From Dehalococcoidia bacterium (GTDB lineage: Bacteria > Chloroflexota > Dehalococcoidia > Bin125), in NCBI GenBank assembly GCA_963663185.1, contig OY760135.1, forward strand, positions 1,587,170-1,651,169: 64,000 nt of DNA. The letters run 5' to 3'. The position numbers were made by a program, and so were the translations under genes. This document shows positions 58,690-64,000 of the stretch, in pieces. Below the pieces are notes generated by a model, which saw only the letters and a list, made by a program, of their open reading frames with translations, did not search any database and had not been told where the DNA came from. Position 1 is the first letter of the stretch; every line of letters starts with the position of its first letter.

Positions 58690-59661
58690 GTGCCATATCT
58701 CAATACTTTCGCTCCGACCGCTGAGCCGATTGACATGACCCAGACGGAGGAGTTTGCCTCGCTCTGTGAGTCTGCCGCCGATCTCGGCATCGCGCACGCT
58801 GCCAACATTCGCTATGTGTCTCGCAACCTGGTGATTAATCACCTGCGACTACACCTGCTCGAGTGGGGTCAACCTGGCAAGCAGCCGATCGTGTTGCTGC
58901 ATGGCGGCAATCAGTCATCGCATAGCTGGGATCTGGTTGCACTGCATCTCGCCGACCGTTTCCACATCATCGCGCCCGATCAGCGCGGTCACGGCGACTC
59001 TGAATGGGCGCGCGACGCCGATTACGGACCGGATCAGATGGCCACGGACGTGCTGGAACTGATCGGCCTTGATGCTCTCGATCAACCGATCGTGATTGGT
59101 CACTCCATGGGCGGCATGGTGACGATGCGCCTGACCGCGCGCGAGCCTCAGCTACCCAAAGCGGTCGTTCTGGTTGACGTCGGTCCCGAGGTTTCGCAGC
59201 GCGGGGCGGAACAGATCCGCAACTTCGTCGTTCGCAACGTCGAATTCGAGCATCTGGACGAATTCGTCGATCGCGTCGCCGCCTATGACCCGTTCCGCTC
59301 TCGCGCGCACATGGAGCGGACAGCGCGCTACAACCTCGTCCATCGCTCCGATGGCAAGTACGTGGCGAAGTCTGACCGCATCCTGCACGATGAGAGCTTC
59401 CGCCGTGATCGCGGCGATCGACAGGACGTGGCCGACGGCTTTCATCAGTTCACCGGACCCACACTCCTGATACGCGGCGCGTCGAGCAACATTCTTAGCG
59501 CCGATGCCGCACAGCGCTTCGTCGCCGATCTGCCAAACGCGGACCTGATCGAAGTGTCCGACTGCGGACATAACGTGCATTCTCAAAACACGCCCGGATT
59601 CTTGCAGGCTGTGACCCCCTTCCTGCAGAACTGTCTCACGCCCGCTCCCGAGTCTGGCTAG
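58690..59661 (+). CDS. Alpha/beta hydrolase
   Basis: LLHGG, DQRGHGDS, GHSMGG, CGHNVH. Confidence 0.9.
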   Translation: MPYLNTFAPTAEPIDMTQTEEFASLCESAADLGIAHAANIRYVSRNLVINHLRLHLLEWGQPGKQPIVLLHGGNQSSHSWDLVALHLADRFHIIAPDQRGHGDSEWARDADYGPDQMATDVLELIGLDALDQPIVIGHSMGGMVTMRLTAREPQLPKAVVLVDVGPEVSQRGAEQIRNFVVRNVEFEHLDEFVDRVAAYDPFRSRAHMERTARYNLVHRSDGKYVAKSDRILHDESFRRDRGDRQDVADGFHQFTGPTLLIRGASSNILSADAAQRFVADLPNADLIEVSDCGHNVHSQNTPGFLQAVTPFLQNCLTPAPESG

Positions 59662-59670
59662 GATTGACAT

Positions 59671-60321
59671 ATGCCTGAGCAATACGTCGCACGCGATACG
59701 GAAACCGGCTTTGAGGTCACCGTCACCGGCGAGTTCCCGGCGCATCCGGACGATCGCATGCGCATCGCCCGCACGACGACCCTGTTCACACGACTGATGG
59801 CCACGCTGCTCCAGCGTGACGAGTCGCAGCGTCGGATGGGTTTCCGCGCGATTGAGGTGCAACTGGAGATCGCCGACGCGCTGATCAAGCAGGATCACCA
59901 GGAGGTGCAACGCTTGCTGCGCGACACGCTATCCACATTCGGCGTCAAGCCCGAACACCTGCGAGAGTTCACAGAGCGCATCGCCGAGTCCAGCGGCATG
60001 GATCCGCAGATGGCCGAAGAACTCGCCCGCACACTCGGCTTCACCGACGAGCCGGAGCCTGAGGCCGATTTCGAAACGATCGATGCCAGCGTCGAGCCGC
60101 CGTCAGCGTCGCCCAAGCTGTCGGAGCTGCACGAGCTGGAAGAGAAGCTGCGCATCCTCAAGGAGATGGATGAGCTCCTCACCAAGATGGAAGCTGCCAA
60201 CCCCGAAGCGGCGCCAGACGTTGAACCCGAACTTGACGCAGAGCTTGGCGCGACCCCATCCGATGATCTCGACGATCACCTCGATGACCAGCATGAGAAT
60301 GAGAAGGGACTTTTCGCATGA
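59671..60321 (+). CDS. Hypothetical protein with acidic C-terminal half
   Basis: Host-like codon usage; coupled to the next gene by an ATGA overlap. Confidence 0.65.
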   Translation: MPEQYVARDTETGFEVTVTGEFPAHPDDRMRIARTTTLFTRLMATLLQRDESQRRMGFRAIEVQLEIADALIKQDHQEVQRLLRDTLSTFGVKPEHLREFTERIAESSGMDPQMAEELARTLGFTDEPEPEADFETIDASVEPPSASPKLSELHELEEKLRILKEMDELLTKMEAANPEAAPDVEPELDAELGATPSDDLDDHLDDQHENEKGLFA

Positions 60322-60854
60322 GTCAGTCAGCCGTGAGTTACATCAAAGACATGCTCAGCTTCATCCACGGAGGCTTCCGCGACGCTCGCAACGGACAGTC
60401 AGTCGATCAGCTGCACTTCGTACCGGACGGAGAATCGCACTCCGTCGCCTGGGTGCTCTGGCACGCCGCCCGCGTCGAAGACCTGCTCGTGCAAGGCGCC
60501 TGGCAACAGAAGCAAGAAATCTGGCGCGAAGGCGAATGGGCTGAGAAGACCGGTCTGCCGGAGCGCGGCTTCGGCACCGGCCAATCGACCGATGAGGCCT
60601 CGTCCGTCGCCATCGGCGACCTTGACAACTTCTGGGCGTATCAGGACGCGGTCAACGAATCGACGCACGCGTTCCTCGATTCCCTGTCAGACGATGACCT
60701 CAGTCGTGAGATTCAGCTTGGCGACCGCACGGAGACGCTGGGCGAATCGATCACGCTGCACCTCTGCACTCACCTCAACGGACACCGCGGCGAAATCAAC
60801 CTGATCCGCGGCATGCACGGCCTCGACCCGGTGCGTCCCAACATGGGCGGCTAG
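60318..60854 (+). CDS. DinB/YfiT-like protein
   Basis: SVAWVLWHAARVED...HLNGHRGEI. Confidence 0.85.
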   Translation: MSQSAVSYIKDMLSFIHGGFRDARNGQSVDQLHFVPDGESHSVAWVLWHAARVEDLLVQGAWQQKQEIWREGEWAEKTGLPERGFGTGQSTDEASSVAIGDLDNFWAYQDAVNESTHAFLDSLSDDDLSREIQLGDRTETLGESITLHLCTHLNGHRGEINLIRGMHGLDPVRPNMGG

Positions 60855-60891
60855 GTCCGTCGCGCGCTCGCAAGCAAGCCTGGGAGGCAAG

Positions 60892-61782
60892 ATGCATGTG
60901 GTAATCACCGGCGCCAGTGGACTCGTCGGCGGCGCGTTGATCGCAGAACTGCGTCGACGCGGAGTCAACGTCACCGCCGTCTCACGCAACCCGCGCAACC
61001 ATGCCGCGCTGGCCGGCGTCAGCTGGACTGGCTGGGACGGCCTCACCGACGCCGTCGCCGGCGCAGCGGGCGTCGTCCACCTGGCCGGTGAAGGCATCGT
61101 GGACCAGCGCTGGAACGCCGCCCGCAAACAAGCCCTCCGCGATAGCCGAATCGACTCGACCCGACAGGTCGCGCAGGCGATCCAGGAGTCAGGAGAGAAG
61201 CCGGGCGTCCTCGTCAGCGCCTCTGCCATCGGTTACTACGGCGCCAAGGTTGAACGCGAGTCGTCCGAGGCGGCGCCGATGGGCGACGACTTCCTCGCCG
61301 AGCTCTGCCGCGACTGGGAGGCGGAGTCGCATGCCGCCGGCGTCCGCACCGTCAACCCGCGCATCGGCATCATTCTCGCCAACGACGGCGGTGCGCTGCC
61401 GCGTTTGTTGCTGCCCTTCAAGCTCGGACTCGGCGGTCCGATCGGTCGCGGCAAGGCCTGGTGGAGCTGGATTCACATCGACGATGTGGTAGGCGCAATC
61501 GTGCATGCGATCGAATACGCGCACGTTGAAGGCGTGATCAATCTCACGGCGCCGAATCCGGTGCGCAACGCCGACTTCTCCGCCGCACTCGGGCGCGCCT
61601 TGCGCCGGCCCGCATTGTTCCCGGTACCGCCGCAAGCGCTCAAGCTCGCGCTCGGCGAGGGGGCAAGCGTATTGCTGGCGTCACAACGCATCTTGCCGAC
61701 GCGCACCCTCGAGCAGGGCTACCGTTTCAAGTACACCGAGATTGACAGCGCACTCCAAGATCTCGCGGCGGCCGCGTCCTAA
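60892..61782 (+). CDS. TIGR01777-family NAD-dependent epimerase
   Basis: ITGASGLVG, SASAIGYYG, WSWIHIDD, NPVRN. Confidence 0.92.
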   Translation: MHVVITGASGLVGGALIAELRRRGVNVTAVSRNPRNHAALAGVSWTGWDGLTDAVAGAAGVVHLAGEGIVDQRWNAARKQALRDSRIDSTRQVAQAIQESGEKPGVLVSASAIGYYGAKVERESSEAAPMGDDFLAELCRDWEAESHAAGVRTVNPRIGIILANDGGALPRLLLPFKLGLGGPIGRGKAWWSWIHIDDVVGAIVHAIEYAHVEGVINLTAPNPVRNADFSAALGRALRRPALFPVPPQALKLALGEGASVLLASQRILPTRTLEQGYRFKYTEIDSALQDLAAAAS

Positions 61783-61787
61783 GCGAG

Positions 61788-62957
61788 ATGCCTGACTCGA
61801 TCGCGCTGCGCTATGGCGTCAATCCGCATCAAACGCCGGCGTCGGCCTTGGCGCTGGCGGCATGGCCGTTTGAGGTCCTCAACGGACAGCCCGGCTACAT
61901 CAACCTGCTTGACGCGCTCAGCGCTTGGCATCTCGTGCGCGAGCTGCGCGGCGCGCTCAAGCTTCCCGCCGCCGCGTCGTACAAGCATGTGTCGCCGGCT
62001 GGCGCCGCCATCGGATTGCCGCTCTCCGACCGACTCGCCCGCGCCTACGAGGTTGATCAGCTCGATCTCTCTGCGGTGGCCAGCGCTTACGTTCGCGCCC
62101 GCGGCGGCGATCTGGTCAGCGCCTACGGCGACTTCGCCGCCGTCTCCGATCCGGTCGATGAGTCGCTCGCGCGCTATCTCCGACGCGAGGTTTCCGACGG
62201 CATCATTGCGCCGGGTTATGAGCCGGCCGCGCTCGACATCCTGAAACGAAAGAAGGCTGGCCGGTATCTCATCCTGCAGGCAGATCCCGCGATCGAGCCG
62301 CCTGAGTTCGAGCGCCGCGACCACTTTGGCATCCAGCTCGAACAGCCGCTGGATCGGCGGCCCATTGACGATCGCATCTTCGGCCAGCCTGTCACTGAGT
62401 TGCGCGACTTCTCAGACGAGGTCAGACGCGATCTGCTCGTCGCCACAATCGCATTGCGGTACACCCAGTCCAACTCCGTCTGTCTTGCGGCCGAGGGCCA
62501 GGTGATCGGACTCGGCGCAGGGCAGCAGTCACGCATCCACTGCACCCGACTCGCTTGCGGCAAGGCTGACCGCTGGATGCTCCAACAACATGATCGTGTA
62601 TTGGATCTTCCGCTCCAGGCGACGCTGAAGCGTCCGGACCGATTCGCCGCCCGCGAACAGTTCATCGCCTGGGCCGAGCTGTCCCGGCCGGAGCGCGACC
62701 GATTGCAGTCTCAGGTGATTGAGTGGTCTGGTCCGCTCTCGGAGACCGAGCGAGGAGACTGGATTGGCGGCTTCAGGACCGTGTTGAGCCACGATGCGTT
62801 TATGCCGTTCCGCGACAACGTCGACCGCGCCCAGGCATCAGCCGTCACGCACATCCTGCAACCTGGCGGATCGATCGCTGACGCCGACACGATCACGGCT
62901 TGCAACGCCTACGGCATCACCATGGCCATGACAGGCCACCGCCTCTTCCGACACTAG
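61788..62957 (+). CDS. purH: Monofunctional AICAR transformylase (short PurH)
   Basis: LRYGVNPHQ, PGYINLLDAL, SYKHVSPAG, TQSNSV, GQQSRIHCT, SHDAFMPFRD. Confidence 0.88.
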   Translation: MPDSIALRYGVNPHQTPASALALAAWPFEVLNGQPGYINLLDALSAWHLVRELRGALKLPAAASYKHVSPAGAAIGLPLSDRLARAYEVDQLDLSAVASAYVRARGGDLVSAYGDFAAVSDPVDESLARYLRREVSDGIIAPGYEPAALDILKRKKAGRYLILQADPAIEPPEFERRDHFGIQLEQPLDRRPIDDRIFGQPVTELRDFSDEVRRDLLVATIALRYTQSNSVCLAAEGQVIGLGAGQQSRIHCTRLACGKADRWMLQQHDRVLDLPLQATLKRPDRFAAREQFIAWAELSRPERDRLQSQVIEWSGPLSETERGDWIGGFRTVLSHDAFMPFRDNVDRAQASAVTHILQPGGSIADADTITACNAYGITMAMTGHRLFRH

Positions 62958-63182
62958 ACACGAAACAGGTGCGATCAGGCTTCTCTCCCCAGTCTTCACC
63001 ATCAGCCTCACCAGCAGCCTGCCAGAGCCTGTTCGCATAGACGCGCCGACACCTGGTCAGGCTCCCTGTAACGCATCAATGCAACGCATCGATCTCATCC
63101 TCGCCTCCTCGTGGCAGAGTCTTGGCCCCATTGCCGCATTAGCGGGCGCGGAATGCGCCGAATCTCGTAGTACGCTCACAGC

Positions 63183-64000
63183 ATGCCTGACACATTCAAC
63201 GACGCCCCGATCGCGCTCTACGACACCCTCCTGCGAGACGGTTCGCAGATGGAGGGCATCGCCTTCTCACTGCAAGACAAAATCACGGTCGCGCATCGGC
63301 TCGACCAGCTTGGCATGCATTACGTCGAAGGGGGCTTTCCCGGCTCCAACGAAAAGGACGCCGCATTCTTTGAGCAGATGAAGTCCAATCCGCTCGAACG
63401 CGCTCGACTCGTCGCCTTCGGCGGCACACGCAAGCCCGGCTCGGATGTGGCCACCGACTTTAATGTCGTGGCCCTGCGCGAGGCCGAAACGCCCGTCGTC
63501 ACCTTCGTCGGCAAAGCGATTGCCTCGCAGGTCGCCAGCGTGCTCCGCACCTCGCGCGAAGAGAACCTCACCATGGTCCGCGAGTCTGTGGAGTACATGG
63601 CGTCGATCGGACGCGAGGTCCACTTTGACGCCGAGCACTTCTTTGACGGTTTTCTCGAAGATCCCTATTACACGCTCAACGTCGTTGCCGCAGCTCACCG
63701 AGCCGGCGCGCAATACCTGATCCTCTGCGACACCAACGGCGGCGCCATGACTGACGATCTCGTGAGCGCTATCCGCGCCGTGCGGGAGACGATCCCGGAC
63801 GCGAAGCTCGGTATCCACACGCACAATGATTGCGAGCTCGCCGTCGCCAACTCGCTCGCTGCCGTGCGCGCGGGCGTCAGCCAGATTCAGGGCTGTCTGA
63901 ACGGCTATGGCGAACGTTGCGGCAACGCCAACCTGTCGTCAATCATCCCGAACCTGCAGCTCAAGATGGGTCTCCGCGTTGTCGAAGACGACCAATTGCA
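63183..64000 (+). CDS. cimA: Citramalate synthase (LeuA/CimA family); 3' end runs off the window
   Basis: Translated by hand: LYDTLLRDGSQMEG, YVEGGFPGSNEKD, HFDAEHFFDGF, CDTNGG, HTHND, GERCGNANL. Confidence 0.88.
   Translation, partial: MPDTFNDAPIALYDTLLRDGSQMEGIAFSLQDKITVAHRLDQLGMHYVEGGFPGSNEKDAAFFEQMKSNPLERARLVAFGGTRKPGSDVATDFNVVALREAETPVVTFVGKAIASQVASVLRTSREENLTMVRESVEYMASIGREVHFDAEHFFDGFLEDPYYTLNVVAAAHRAGAQYLILCDTNGGAMTDDLVSAIRAVRETIPDAKLGIHTHNDCELAVANSLAAVRAGVSQIQGCLNGYGERCGNANLSSIIPNLQLKMGLRVVEDDQL

Noticed and set aside
62958-63182. ZTP riboswitch or amino-acid attenuator between purH and cimA
   Set aside because: It lies downstream of purH rather than upstream, and I saw no ZTP consensus or convincing Leu/Ile-rich leader peptide.

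Overview
A 64-kb stretch of a high-GC bacterial chromosome. The gene style suggests Chloroflexota/Dehalococcoidia (SAR202-like or sponge-symbiont-like): multiple LLM monooxygenases, Tat-lipoprotein family-5 binding proteins with Q-rich linkers and a CIRCE-controlled groEL. This taxonomy is inference. Most of the window is housekeeping and catabolic genes: bcp, cysDN-tupABC, thiN, groEL, pyk, two Dpp/Opp-type ABC clusters without ATPase genes, LLM oxidoreductases, hydrolases, PBP1A, gatCA, Lrp plus aminotransferase, aquaporin, rhodanese, short purH, cimA and one tRNA-Gly(CCC). The standout is two lower-GC, mutually homologous cassettes (about 11.3-13.4 kb on +, about 39.4-41.3 kb on -) with no mobility genes. 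Each encodes a divergent signal-less LasA/M23-like Zn peptidase, a small ~50-aa unknown domain (fused in one copy, a separate in-frame ORF in the other) and a highly divergent exported or lipoprotein partner. This resembles a polymorphic peptidoglycan-hydrolase/immunity system, and one copy carries a frameshift. Other points: a beta-class DNA methyltransferase-Mrr fusion with a low-GC central segment, a REP/MITE-like GC-rich repeat family, a DUF3179-like gene remnant, and an FmdB zinc-ribbon protein with a GGM/His tail next to a SodX-like peptidase and a groEL lacking its GGM tail.
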